From positions 6,584,383 through 6,648,382 of the forward strand of contig NC_068986.1 of assembly GCF_001194135.2 (NCBI RefSeq): a stretch of 64,000 bases of DNA, in the 5' to 3' direction. Position 1 is the stretch's first letter; each line of letters opens with the position of its first letter. A model generated the notes under the pieces. That model did no database searches and was not told the DNA's origin. It saw only the letters and a program-made list of their open reading frames with translations. The position numbers were made by a program, and so were the translations under genes. The stretch comes from Octopus bimaculoides. Lineage: Eukaryota. This document shows, piece after piece, positions 1 to 12,100 of the stretch.

Positions 1-158
1 GTTTCTATCTACCAAATCCACTCACAAGGCTTTGGTTGGCCCAAGGCGTCACACAGTGGGACTGAACCCAGAACCATGTGGTTGGGAAGCAAGCTTCTTA
101 CCATACAGCAATGCGTGTGCCTATGAAAATACTTTAATTTTCTATTCTTAGTACTCAC

Positions 159-260
159 GTTTCATTTCTAGATTTTGGATGCTTGATGACAAGTTTACCA
201 TCTATGAGTGAAACTTGAATTGTGTTGTCTTTTTCAGGAAGCTGAGATCGAATATGGCAC
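159..260 (-). CDS. Exon CHIRSQLPEKDNTIQVSLIDGKLVIKHPKSRNE; the gene continues beyond the left edge
   Basis: 102 nt, ttttctgtttag| ... GAA AC|gtgagt, phase 2 to 2, open and compatible with the previous exon. Confidence 0.85.
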
Positions 261-1204
261 CTAAACAGAAAACAAATATTCATGTTTATAACTGGATTTT
301 TGATACAATAATTAAAAAATGTTTTTGCAATGTTTTAGTTAGAAGAAAAGGCATTGCCCATAGCCCTTTCTGGGGCTTCCAAGACTGGTGGGAAAGAAAG
401 GTGGAGAAATTTTTCCCAAATGCTTGCATCAATAGGTATACATATCCATTTGGTGTCACTGATATGTCAACTTTCACATCTAGGCTGTATGTTCTGTCAC
501 ATGGAACAGTAAACAAAATAATTTGTTTTGTTGCTGCCTATCGATTTCAGCCTGTGACACAAACTGACCAAAGGAGACCTCTAACTATTCTCATTTAAAA
601 GTCATAGAATGGGGTCTGGAAGCTTGCTACAGTGTGGTGGATGCTGCTTATGGCATTCAAGGTGCCAGGCAGTGGTGATAAACCAGGTGACAGAGAAAGG
701 AATCTTTCCGACTAATACACATCTTTCAATGTTGAATGAGATACACAAGCATCATAAAGATCTACCTTTGACAGAGAAAGAGAAGGGGAGAGAGTGAGAA
801 AGAGAAAGTTAGAGAAGAGAGAGAGAAAGAGGAAGGGAGAGAGAGGGAGAGGGGAGAAAGAGAAAGAGGGAGGGAGAGAGAGAAGAAGAAAAAGAAGAGA
901 GTGAGTGACATCAGTTTCATCAGATAATTGCTTGCAAATGTCCACTGCTGTTAGCATTCGATTACTTTCAGAGAGACTACGAATTTGCCAATCCATCTGT
1001 ACTGTTGTAACTCTGAAATCAAGGAATTGACTTCTCCCAGCTCACCAAGAGACCATACTTGTGAAATCTACCTATATGTCAACCTGCATATCCTACATCA
1101 TCCTGCAGCATCCATCAGAGGAGTGCAATCATGATGGGCAACCAGAAATTGTCTATCCTGCGTTTGCATGAGCCAAATAGGTTTAAGGTGGTCATCCTGA
1201 GTTA

Positions 1205-1865
1205 TTAGCAGCCACTAGTTTGAAGTTAATTTTCAAAGCATTTGTTTGTTGGCAACAAAAATGGTAGGTTCAACCTTTCTAGTGACGGAAGCTACAGCAT
1301 GTTGTAGGATATGTAAGTTGATGTAGAGGTAGATTTCAAAATTATGATCTTTTGGTGAGCTGGAAGAAATCATTTCCTTGGTATCAGAGTTAGTAGATGA
1401 TGTGAGATAGAAAAGTGAAGATTTTTCTGTCTATGAATCTCGAGGAGTGCATGTGCTGTTTAAATCTTTCTTTGAAGTTATTGGCTGTTAGACTCATATA
1501 ATTTCTTGAAATACCATTGGATGGTGTGGGGGTAAATCTATAGTTTATAGCCCTTGAGAGTTAAGATCCCCTCAATGGACAGTTTGTGGGATTTTTTAAA
1601 AAAGCAGATTGGGTAATGGGATGGAATCTGTGAAGATCTATGATCTTGTTATTGCATGTGATGCTGGAAATGATGTTATCTAGACAAGAGTAGCTAGCTC
1701 TAATTTTATGGATATTTAAAAGCTTGTGATACATATGGGTGTTTTGGAAGTGTGGTCTCAATTCGGAAGAAGGACTTTGTCCAAAACATTGGAAACTCCA
1801 TCTAAAATGTTGGGAACTTCATCCTCCATAGCAATATTACCTTATTTTTTCCATCAGTTTTTCCA
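1205..1865 (-). mobile_element. Penelope-like retroelement remnant (GIY-YIG endonuclease region), degenerate
   Basis: Translates as [36 protein letters not shown]...CPLRG and YMSLTANNFKERFKQH, matching PLE HKIFN...VSYSCM.N / CPL.G.C / YIG.T.N.FK.R...H; contains stops and frameshifts. Confidence 0.8.
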
Positions 1866-1939
1866 AATAATACAAGTCTTACTGATACAAATTACCACCA
1901 ATTTCCTTGAATTCTGTTTTGTGTGTGTGTGTATGTGCA

Positions 1940-1983
<44 letters not shown>

Positions 1984-2173
1984 TCTGTGTTTGTGTGTGT
2001 GCGTGTGTGTGTGTATGTGTGTGTGCATGCATGCATGTGTGTGTGTGTCTGTGTGTGTGTGTGCATGCTTGTGCATGTATGTGTGTACATCCTGAATATA
2101 TTTCTTTGTATGCAGTTTGATCACAAAGTGACATATACAGCCATAAATTATATGAATTAAGAAAATGTCTCAC

Positions 2174-2333
2174 TTAAAATAACTCTTCAGATCATCCTGT
2201 AAATGTTCTATCCAAACAGTTTCTAGTTTTCGCACCACATGTTCTTTAACAGGGTTAAAAATCTCAGCTGGTACATAGCCCTGAGTATTCTGCAGTACAT
2301 TGAAAATAATTTCTTTTTCTTCTTTGCATAAGT
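2174..2333 (-). CDS. RGS domain exon, LCKEEKEIIFNVLQ...EIFNPVKEHVVRKLETVWIEHLQDDLKSYF
   Basis: 160 nt, ttctgtttcag| ... TTT AA|gtgaga, phase 1 to 2; RGS C-terminal IF......V...L...W motif. Confidence 0.92.
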
Positions 2334-2371
2334 CTGAAACAGAAATCAGAAATAAACATCAATTTATTTAA

Positions 2372-2579
2372 CCCTTTAGCATTTAGATTACTCTGTCAAA
2401 TGTAATGTTGATTTATTCACATTGTTTTGAATTAATCATACTTTTGAGATTTCAAAAATGTCATTCATCATTTTTAGAATGACATTGTAGGGTAGGAGTG
2501 AGATGCCAGATCTAGCCAGTTTGAACATAAAATAGGTAGAATATTTGGGCTGGATATGGCTGGATTAAATGCTAAAGGG
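2372..2579. mobile_element. piggyBac-like MITE (208 bp)
   Basis: TTAA|CCCTTTAGCATTT ... AAATGCTAAAGGG|TTAA; second copy at 21300-21519. Confidence 0.85.
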
Positions 2580-3312
2580 TTAAATAGACTTTTTTTCTTA
2601 TTTAGAATTTTTCTGTTTGTTTGGAAGGCAGTGGAAGGAAGAGAATTGAAATTTAGAAATTGATAAAAATTATTAAAAAGAATACATAAATTGAAAGTAA
2701 GAAGAAAATTCTGAATGAAAGCATTTTTAGAAAATTCAAATTCAAATTCAAATGTTCATGATCAAATTTAATGAAAATTCCAAATCCAAATTTAAATATC
2801 ACCACCCCCTCTGCCACTACTAAAATAGTTTAGCAGTTGCACACCACTTTTTTATTTTGTAAAATTTGGAAACTTTAAAGAATGTAAGGTTGATAACATT
2901 GTGTAATCAATTGAAACAGCATTAAATTAAAATTGCTATTTGTGTTTCATACTAAATGTATATACATCAATACAGGGCATGCTTTTATGGAATTACCTGA
3001 CATAAATCTCTACATAGATTTGTGTTAAAAATACTATGTATATGTCAGTGCAAGACAAACATTGTCATTGCACTGACTCCTGAGAACCATAAACATTTTT
3101 TGCCTTTCTTGAGGCTTATTAATGTCACACACTGAATTGTAACCTGCTTAAATGAAATTTGTTCTTGATATAGAAAAACATTGAATAAAACATTCACTGA
3201 TATTGTGGAAGCTTGCCAGACTGTAGAAAAACTCAATGTATGCAACTGAAATAGCAACTAGATAAGCAACCATAGATGGCAGCACCAACAGTCACCATGT
3301 ATATATATATAT

Positions 3313-3896
3313 ATATTCTTTTATTCTTTTACTTGTTTCAGTCATTTGACTGTGGCCATGCTGGAGCACCGCCTTTAGTCGAGCAAATTGACCCAGGACT
3401 TATTCTTTGTAAGCCTAGTACTTATTCTATCGGTCACTTTTGCTGAACCACTAAGTTATGGGGACATAAATGCACCAGCATCGGTAGTCAAGTGATGTTG
3501 GAGGACTAACACAGACACACACACAGACACACACAGACACACACACAGACACACACACACACACACACACACATGTATATATATATGTGTGTGTGTGTGT
3601 GTGTATGTATATATATATATATATATATATACATATATATNNNNNNNNNNNNNNNNNNNNNNNNNNNNNNNNNNNNNNNNNNNNNNNNNNNNNNNNNNNN
3701 NNNNNNNNNNNNNNNNNNATATATATATATATGTATATATCTGACGGGCTTCTTTCAGTTTCTACTAACTCCACTCACAAGGCTTTGGTCAGCCTGAAGT
3801 TATAGTAGAAGACACTTGTCCAAGGTGCCATACAGTGGAACTGAACCTGGAACCATGTGGTTGGCAAGCAAGTTACTTACCACACAGCCACTCCTA
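3313..3896 (-). mobile_element. SINE family A, full-length with an N gap in the internal (TA)n
   Basis: Same consensus. Other copies or parts (approximate): 1-108(-), 8960-9105(-), 10650-11105(+), 14780-15012(+), 16110-16470(+), 16715-17135(-), 21590-21750(-), 36160-36305(+), 54850-54965(+), 60305-60975(+). Confidence 0.88.
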
Positions 3897-3979
3897 TATA
3901 TATGTGTGTGTGTGTATGTATGTACATATCTATGGGTACATATATGTATGTGTGTGTGTGTGTGTGTATATATACATAC

Positions 3980-4017
<38 letters not shown>

Positions 4018-4574
4018 TGTGTGTGAGAGAGTAAGAGAGACCTACGCACAGAGACAGGTACAGAGAGAGAAAAGAAAAGAGAAAGAGGTATTTGGTCTGA
4101 AATATGGTATTCCAGTTGACAGAAATTATCAGTATCAATCAACACGCTCAACTAGACACTCTCCTAGTTATTGTGGTTTAGCCCTAGGCCAATCCTTATT
4201 GCTCAGGCTTATGACCTAAGGCATCTCATCATTTATTCAGACATGGGTGTTGACATATAAAGGTTCAAGTGGAACATAACTGGTATTAGTCTCATTGATC
4301 CAGGAGAGCCTGCAAAAGCCATCCTAGATTGTACTTTTCTCCATACCCAGCAAATGAAAACTAAAAAGTTTCTTTTTAAGACTAGGATGTGATTTAAGAA
4401 AGACACAGTTGTTATTTCTAGCAGATTGGGATCTCTGTGTAGAGTCTCCCACGTTGCTTCATCAATTTTCTGGTTGTAATCTAAAAGTAAATATATCTTG
4501 ATTGTAGTAATATGAGAAGTGTATTTCCAACTCCACTTTGCTCTGTAGGGATTAGATGATAATGTATTTCATAC

Positions 4575-4732
4575 CAAAGCCATTACTGTTTGCATCTGCA
4601 ATAAAATTGTGGTAGATGTCCCAAGCATGTTCAAGACAAAGATGGCGATCAACAGATTCATTCATTTTGCAGCCATATTGGGTAACAGCTTGCCAGAAAT
4701 ACAGACTTTTCAAAGAATCTTTGTCATTTTTC
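4575..4732 (-). CDS. RGS domain exon, KNDKDSLKSLYFWQAVTQY...HAWDIYHNFIADANSNGF
   Basis: 158 nt, ttttctaattag| ... TTT G|gtatga, phase 2 to 1; RGS L.FW..V..Y and A..IY..FI motifs. Confidence 0.92.
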
Positions 4733-5355
4733 CTAATTAGAAAAAGATAAAAGAAGAAACCAATTGAAAGAAATAATTAACTGTGGATTATTAGATTTTA
4801 TTAGAGACTACAAAATAAAAGTACTTAATGTACTTAAAGGATTTTAATTCCTATCCATGAAAGCAATCCTAACCAAGATTATTAGAGCCAAGTATCAACA
4901 TTTTATTGAATAGCTCTGTGTAGTTGCCATGTTCAGTATGTAAATAAAAGCAGCAGAATTGGTATAGCAGAATTTTAGATAACCGACCAGGAATCAATAG
5001 TCTGATCTGATATTTCATTGGCTGTAGTAAACATGGTTTCTTTACTTTACTGATCTAATCAGTATTATAATTGTAACTAGTGATAACATAATAATACCTG
5101 GTGTGTGTGAAGTAGCGGTGGTGGTGGTGTGTGTGTGTGTGTGTGAGTGTGTGTTATCTTTATTATCAACAGAAAGTTTCTCTCACAGATCAAAATATAG
5201 ATTACACAAAGTATATGTCAAAAGTTTGATGCAGTATCAAATTGGAATATTGGGAAGTCTAAGAAGAGGAGAACGTACAGGGATAACAAAGAAACAAATT
5301 ATAATTCTTGTCACCACTTCAACATGGCTGTTCTGTACAAACTGACGTTTTTTAA

Positions 5356-5591
5356 CCTCAAGAGGATGCCTCCTCTAGCTGGTTATTGATGCAATTTGTA
5401 CCCAATAACTATTGCAAGCAGAGGAGTGAACCCCTACCATCTTCTAACAACTTGACATCAGCAGACTGTTTGGTTTCAGGCTATTTTTGCCCATCCTTAG
5501 TGCTAGAGATAGCAGTAGTTCACTCCAGCTCACAATATATAGCAGGCGCAGAGTGCATCGATAATCAGCTAGAGGAGGTATCCTCTTGGAG
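5356..5591. mobile_element. Palindromic (fold-back) TTAA-flanked MITE
   Basis: TTAA at 5352-55 and 5592-95. Left arm CCTCAAGAGGATGCCTCCTCTAGCTGGTTATTGATGCA matches the reverse complement of the right arm; similarity continues inward (TATTG..AGC..GGAGTGAAC). Confidence 0.75.
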
Positions 5592-6694
5592 TTAAAAAAT
5601 GGTAGTAATATCAGTTTGTATGGAACAGCCATGTTGAAGTGGCAACAAACATTACTTCTCAGTGTAGTAACTACTTTCATCTCTTATAGAGATTTTCTAA
5701 ATTATAATTTGTTGGATCCATAATGGTAGTGCAAGCACAGTTGTGGTTAAGTAGCTCACTTCATAACAACATGGTTGAGGGCAAGTGTTTTCTACTACAG
5801 CTTTGGGCAGATTAAAGCTTTGTAAGTAAAATCTAGTGGATAAAAACAGTGCGAAAGCTAGTCAGAAGGCCATTCCTCTTCTTGGATACAGACTGAAAGG
5901 CCAAGAGGTGGTGTTAAACTGGATGAATTCTATAAAACTTCACTGTTTAAGGTCACCACCAGACCTTTAGGTTTTCAATGGAGTCCAACTCCATTACAAG
6001 TACTAAGCAAAGATCTTTGACCCTAGAGTAAATGTCTCCATTGCTTTCACCAGCTCATTCTTTTCACCCTCGAAAAGGACCAAAGGTGCTGCTCTTTCAC
6101 TTCTGACTTAACTAATAAAATTGACTTTAAGAAAGATTAATTATAGATAGAGTATAGATTAGTTTAGCATCACATTTATATATTATTGTACAGTGGATGT
6201 GTAATGGAAATAGACAACATCTATTGAATGAGAATGTGTCATTTGTTGATTGTAGATGTAATCCTGGAGAGAAGAAAATTGATGAAGATTTACAAATTAT
6301 CATATAAAAGGAATCTTTAAAGAAGCTTAATCTAAAGCTGTTTGTCGTTATCATAATTTAGTAAAAGTAGTCGTAAGGAAATGATTATCTTACAATGAGA
6401 TTTATAAAATAAGATCCGTGGTTTTATGACAAGTTCTATGTGTGGAAAAGCTATAAAGTGTAAAACTATTGATGGGAAAATTGCAATTAAGGTAATTACG
6501 GCTTAGACATATTCTAGTTGTTAAGGTTATTTTTAATAAAGCTTATAACATAAAGTAGCTGTTTAATAGTAGCTGTTCAGTAGTTAATCTATCTCTAACT
6601 CGTCTTTATCACAATGCACATTCAGTTGTAGATTAATCTATTGCTAGTCTTTATTGAGCAGCATTTTAGTTGTCAATCTATCAGAAATACTCAC

Positions 6695-6772
6695 AGTTTT
6701 AGAGAGAACTCAAATGGTCCACCATATCTTTTATCATTGGTCAAAGCAACTAGAAAAGCATTGTTGCTGTCT
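6695..6772 (-). CDS. RGS domain exon, DSNNAFLVALTNDKRYGGPFEFSLK
   Basis: 78 nt, cttatattttag| ... CT|gtgagt; AL..D..GGPF resembles RGSL1 ALCADACAGNPF. Confidence 0.88.
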
Positions 6773-7178
6773 CTAAAATATAAGAAATATACTTAAAATA
6801 TCAGAAAATAAAATATGTTGAAAGTGGCATAATCTTGCAATTCCTCTCAGGATTGCTATGGTTACTATTATTTAAGAAATACATGGAAAACAGAACAAAA
6901 CAAAACAACAACAATCAAGGTTAAAACAGAAAGCTTTAACTAGTAGTTTCCTTGTTTCCATAGGTTATGAATAATGATTAAAAGAAGTTCTAATGATTAA
7001 AAGAAAGAAAAATATAGATATAAAACTGATAAATAGCCATTGTGATTATGATGTGTATAAGATGTTTTATCAGGCAAACAGAATAAAAACTTGTTATAAT
7101 GCTTTCATACTTCTTAATATTTCAATAGTCTAATTTCTTAACATGGTTACAAGTTCTTTATTATGAATATTTAATTTA

Positions 7179-7418
7179 TACTCTTTTACTCTTTTACTTG
7201 TTTCAGTCTTTTGACTGTGGCCATGCTGGAGCACCGCCTTTAGTCGAGCAAATCGACCCCAGGACTTATTCTTTAGAAGCCTAGTACTTATTCTATCGAT
7301 CTCTTTTGCCAAACCGCTAAGTTACGGGGACATAAACACACCAGCATCGGTTGTCAAGCGATGTTGGGGGGACACACATACAGACATATACACACACACA
7401 CACACACATATATATATA

Positions 7419-7501
<83 letters not shown>

Positions 7502-7665
7502 GACGGGCTTCTTTCAGTTTCCGTCTACCAAATCCACTCACAAGGCTTTGGCCGGCCCGAGGCTATAGTAGAAGACACTTGCCCAAGATGCCACGCAGTG
7601 GGACTGAACCCGGGACCATGTGGTTGGTAAGCAAGCTACTTACCACACAGCCACTCCTACGCCTA
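7179..7665 (-). mobile_element. SINE family A (tRNA-like head, internal (TA)/(CA) microsatellite, AAAAGAGT tail), young full-length copy
   Basis: Head GGAGTGGCTGTGTGGTAAG..GGTTCAGTCCCAC, CpGs intact; roughly 90% or more identical by eye to 11441-11925 and 43665-44085. Confidence 0.9.
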
Positions 7666-7817
7666 TACGCTTATAGTTGAAATTTTGGTTAATACTGAAA
7701 GCACATTGTATATTTTGTATGAAGGACAAAAATTTATCAAAATATGGTCAAATCAGAATTCTTCAAGACATTAAAGAAACACCTGACATTTGTAAATTGA
7801 TTTGTCTCCTTCAGTGG

Positions 7818-8010
7818 ACACGAAACTCAGCTTGCGAAGACCTGTTGGGGCAAGGGAAAACAAAATCATGATGGCACCTGTGCCCAGTGTCGCCTTTCTG
7901 GCACTTGTGCCCGCGGCATGTGTAAGGACTTTCGNNNNNNNNNNATCGTCCAACCCATGCTAGCATGGAAAGCGGACGTTAAACGATGATGATGATGATG
8001 ATGATGATGA
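7818..8010 (+). mobile_element. RTE-type 3' UTR/tail fragment spanning a 10-N gap
   Basis: ATCGTCCAACCCATGCTAGCATGGAAAGCGGACGTTAAACGATGATGAT is identical to the tail at 13220-13280. Confidence 0.75.
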
Positions 8011-8610
8011 TTTGCATGATATTTATTTTAAAAAAGAAAAGGTTGACAGTAACTTTGAAGTTTCATTGGTTGTTAGCTTTGTCAGACAGTCTGACAACAA
8101 TTCACAGTGACTGTCAACTCATTAAAATCTTAGAATAATATTTATTCTATAAATGAATGGAGGCCCATGAAAGTAAGTGTGCCAGATATGAGAGCCTTCT
8201 GTAGGATTGCAAGAAGGGATGGCAGGTATGGCTTTTCCCAGTCGAGGTTGGCTGTAAGGGATTCCCTGGTCAGTTGACAAGGAGAATATTTACAACAATT
8301 GGAATGAGAGGGATGGAGAGAAGGGTGGCTGTGCGCAGGATGGGAGAGACAGCTGAAAGATCCTCTTCTTGGCTTTGGAGTAAGAGAAGAGTTAAGCTGG
8401 GCAGCAGGAGGAGATGAGGAGCAGTGACTTGGCCACCTCTGCTGACCCACCAATAAGAGGATGTTACAGTTCAGGGCTGAAACACCTGATGAACGTTGGA
8501 TACTGTCTGACTACATCAGTTCCTCCAAGCTATGGCTCCATTCACTTTGGTGAATGGATAAAGCACCTCCTTACAAGTGTTATTAACACACACACCTATA
8601 TATCTATATA

Positions 8611-8653
<43 letters not shown>

Positions 8654-8901
8654 NNNNNNNNNNNNNNNNNNNNNNNNNNNNNNNNNNNNNNNNNNNNNNN
8701 NNNNNNNNNNNNNNNNNNNNNNNNNNNNNNNNNNNNNNNNNNNNNNNNNNNNNNNNNNNNNNNNNNNNNNNNNNNNNNNNNNNNNNNNNNNNNNNNNNNN
8801 NNNNNNNNNNNNNNNNNNNNNNNNNNNNNNNNNNNNNNNNNNNNNNNNNNNNNNNNNNNNNNNNNNNNNNNNNNNNNNNNNNNNNNNNNNNNNNNNNNNN
8901 N

Positions 8902-8945
<44 letters not shown>

Positions 8946-9339
8946 CACAATGGTCTTATCTTACCATTTCCATTTACCAAATCCACTCATAAGGCTTTAG
9001 TTGGCCTGGGGCTATAGTAGAAGACACTTGCCTATAATGCCATACAGTGGGACTGAACCTGCAACAATGTGGTTGGGAAGCAAACTTCTTACCACATGGC
9101 CATGCTTGAGGAGAGTTATTGTATGGTAATGAAAAGTACTTGTAAAATCTCCAGTAAATCTGTAAAAGCTTTGAATAAAAATTATATACTTAATGGCCAT
9201 ACAATTATATACTTAATGGGCATATGAAAGTATATACTTAATTTGCATATGAAAAGTAGGATGAATGAAATGTATTTAATTGACTCTTCTACTGTTTCTA
9301 CTACTCTTCATTCTTTGAATGCAAAAAGAATAAGAATAC

Positions 9340-9534
9340 CTCAAATTGGCTGACAGGTTACACTTAGCTTCCTTGGAAATTTCAGATGACTGAACAGGAT
9401 TATGATTGCCCTGAAGTTCACTATGTTTTTGGAATTGTTCTGCAGACACTGAAGGAAATGGAAGAAGGCCATACTGTTCGTCTTTCGTTAACCACTCTGG
9501 TTCATTGTAGTGACTTTGAGGTAAACTGGAATTT
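9340..9534 (-). CDS. Inter-RGS linker exon, NSSLPQSHYNEPEWLTKDEQYGLLPFPSVS...SANL
   Basis: 195 nt, tttcatttcag| ... TTG AG|gtattc (weak donor), phase 2 to 2; open and phase-compatible on both sides. Confidence 0.78.
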
Positions 9535-10801
9535 CTGAAATGAAATAAATAAATAGACAAATAAACTTGAAATGATTTTGGTGAGGTAACATTGCCTTTG
9601 ATTTAAACAAGGAATACTTGTCATCTACAAGAATTCTCAGCAGTTTCTTTTTTAGTTTGGTACCATTTCACAGCATGCTGGCCTGTCGGGTGGTGGGTCT
9701 GTTGTTCCTATTCTGTCACTATTAACAAAAAATCCCCTATTATTTTGAAGGATATAGTTCATTTAGTTAATGATAGGAGCTATAAGAATATGGAAATTGT
9801 TGCTGTTTAGCCCAGTGACAGCATTGAGAGGGAAAATTTATTTTCAGAGACATTCCAGCCATGACCATCTCATCTTTATTCATCAATGTAGCCAGGACTG
9901 ATGGCATGCACTGCTCTCTCACTCAATAATGTGTGTATGTGTGTATATGTATGTATATTATATATGATAAAAACTGAAAATACATATTCTACCATAAGTT
10001 TGGGATCATTTATTATTGTTGGCAACAGCAATAATGTTCTTGAAGTGCTAAATTGAACTCCCCCTGGTGCTAACAACTAAATGAGGAACTTGATTCTATT
10101 AATCTCTGATCCATTGATGGATATCTCTGTTCCTGATAACTTAAGTAATTAAACTTAATTATCCGGTAGCAGACAGATCAACTAAGTATGTGAGGAGTGT
10201 CTTAATTACACAAGATAAATATAATATAGACACTGAAAAAACAATGTATAAAGTTATCCCTTGCTTCTTGGCTGAAGTAAAAGAGAAAAAGATTTTGTTT
10301 ATAATGAAATGAATATATTATATTTCTGAGTAATTTATATCCAGATAAAACATGAGGGAAAATGGAGAACAAAAAACAGAAAGTGTAAACAAGTGTATAA
10401 AATTAATGTAATTTCAATATGAAGGAAAAGGAGGAAAATGATCGATATATCAGAGAGCTGTCTGTCATCAAGTCAGAAAGGAGAAAGGAAAGAAAAAAAT
10501 GGACATAAGAAAAAAACCACAATGTTATATAATATATAACATAACATTGTGCTTAAATGGCAGACAGGAAGTAACAAGCAAAGAAGTTGTTTTTGACTGC
10601 AAGATTTATTTATAGTTAAACTATACATAAACTATGATTGTATAGTTTGTATGGTTGTGTGGTAAGAAGTTTATTTCTCAACTATATGGTTCTGGGTTCA
10701 GTCCTACCATGTGGCACCTTGGGAATGTCTCTTCATCTATAGCCTGTGGCCAACCAAAAACTTCTGAGGGGATTTGGTAGATGAAAATTGAAAGAAGCCT
10801 G

Positions 10802-10868
<67 letters not shown>

Positions 10869-11440
10869 TGTGTGTTTGTGCTTGTGTTTTCCTTGTCTTG
10901 ACATTGCATGGTAGTTGTAAATGAGTGTCACTGTCATACTAGCAGTGTCGGTCATTTCCAATATTCTGCAAGAACATGTCTGGCCATGGGAAAATATTGT
11001 CTTGTGCAAATGAGGGCTGGATACAGGAAGGGCATCAGGCTGTAGAAAATTTGACTCAAATTAACTTTGTCCAACTCATGCAAGCTTGGAAAAGTGGACA
11101 TTAAATAAGATGATAATGATGAATAGAATAGTTTCTTTCACGAAAGCATCGCTTATTAAAAATTTCTTATTTAGAGTTCAGGAAGTAAATCTTAATATCT
11201 TCCTTCATATTCAACTTTACTATATATAAAATGGTGGGTTTGATTATTTTGAGGATTTCCAACATCAGAAATAAGTTCTGTAGGGCTAAATGCTTGAGAT
11301 TAAGAAAATATTAGAAATTAGTTAACTTTCTTTGGGTAGATATTGTTCTCTACACAACTTCATTTACTTCATTTTACAGTAATGTAGTGCAGCTGTCAGC
11401 ACATAATGATATAATTTTAAAGTTTGAATAAGTTTATATA

Positions 11441-11605
11441 GGCACAGGAGTGGCTGTGTGGTAAGTAGCTTGCTTACCAACCACATGGTTCCGAGTTCAT
11501 TCCCACTGCGTGGCACCTTGGGCAAGTGTCTTCTAATATAGCCTTGGGCTGACCAAAGCCTTGTGAGTGGATTTGGTAGACGGAAACTGAAAGAAGCCTG
11601 TCGTA

Positions 11606-11646
<41 letters not shown>

Positions 11647-11658
11647 TATATATATATA

Positions 11659-11702
<44 letters not shown>

Positions 11703-11925
11703 GTGTGTATATGTTTGTGTGTCTGTGTTTGTCCCCCCAACATTGCTTGACAACCAATGGTGGTGTGTTTACGTCCCCCGTAACTTAGCGGTTCGGCAAA
11801 AGAGACCAATAGAATAAGTACTAGGCATCCAAAGAATAAGTCCTGGGGTCGATTTACTCGACTAAAGGCGGTGCTCCAGCATGGCCACAGTCAAATGACT
11901 GAAACAAGTAAAAGAGTAAAAGAGT
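11441..11925 (+). mobile_element. SINE family A, young full-length copy
   Basis: Same head, body and tail as 7179-7665, opposite orientation. Confidence 0.9.
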
Positions 11926-12100
11926 ATGCTTTGGAAAGAAGATATTTATGATGTTTTAAATGAAGTCCATCACCTGTGCAAGGCAGATTGAGGAGTTAGC
12001 TTCAAACAGGATTCTCTTCATGGCACAACACACAAACTTATTCAAATTTATGAACTTCTTTAGATAATTTCTACTGAAGAAGACCACCACTGCTTTCCAG

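Noticed and set aside
215-598. Plus-strand ORF 215-598 and minus ORF 286-516
   Set aside because: No recognisable homology. The real coding signal nearby is the minus-strand exon 159-260, whose acceptor tract lies within this span.
3045-3257. Minus-strand ORF with candidate acceptors between exons 4575 and 2333
   Set aside because: Not needed for phase continuity; phase-compatible readings hit stops before a good donor.
8150-8560. GC-richer segment containing GCTGAAAC and CTGATGA
   Set aside because: The motifs are in the wrong order and lack complementary helices for a hammerhead; probably an unrecognised repeat fragment.
9330-9339. Donor GTATTCTT resembling the U12 consensus GTATCCTT
   Set aside because: It lacks the near-invariant +5 C, and there is no convincing TTCCTTAAC branch site before the 6773 acceptor; treated as a weak U2 donor.
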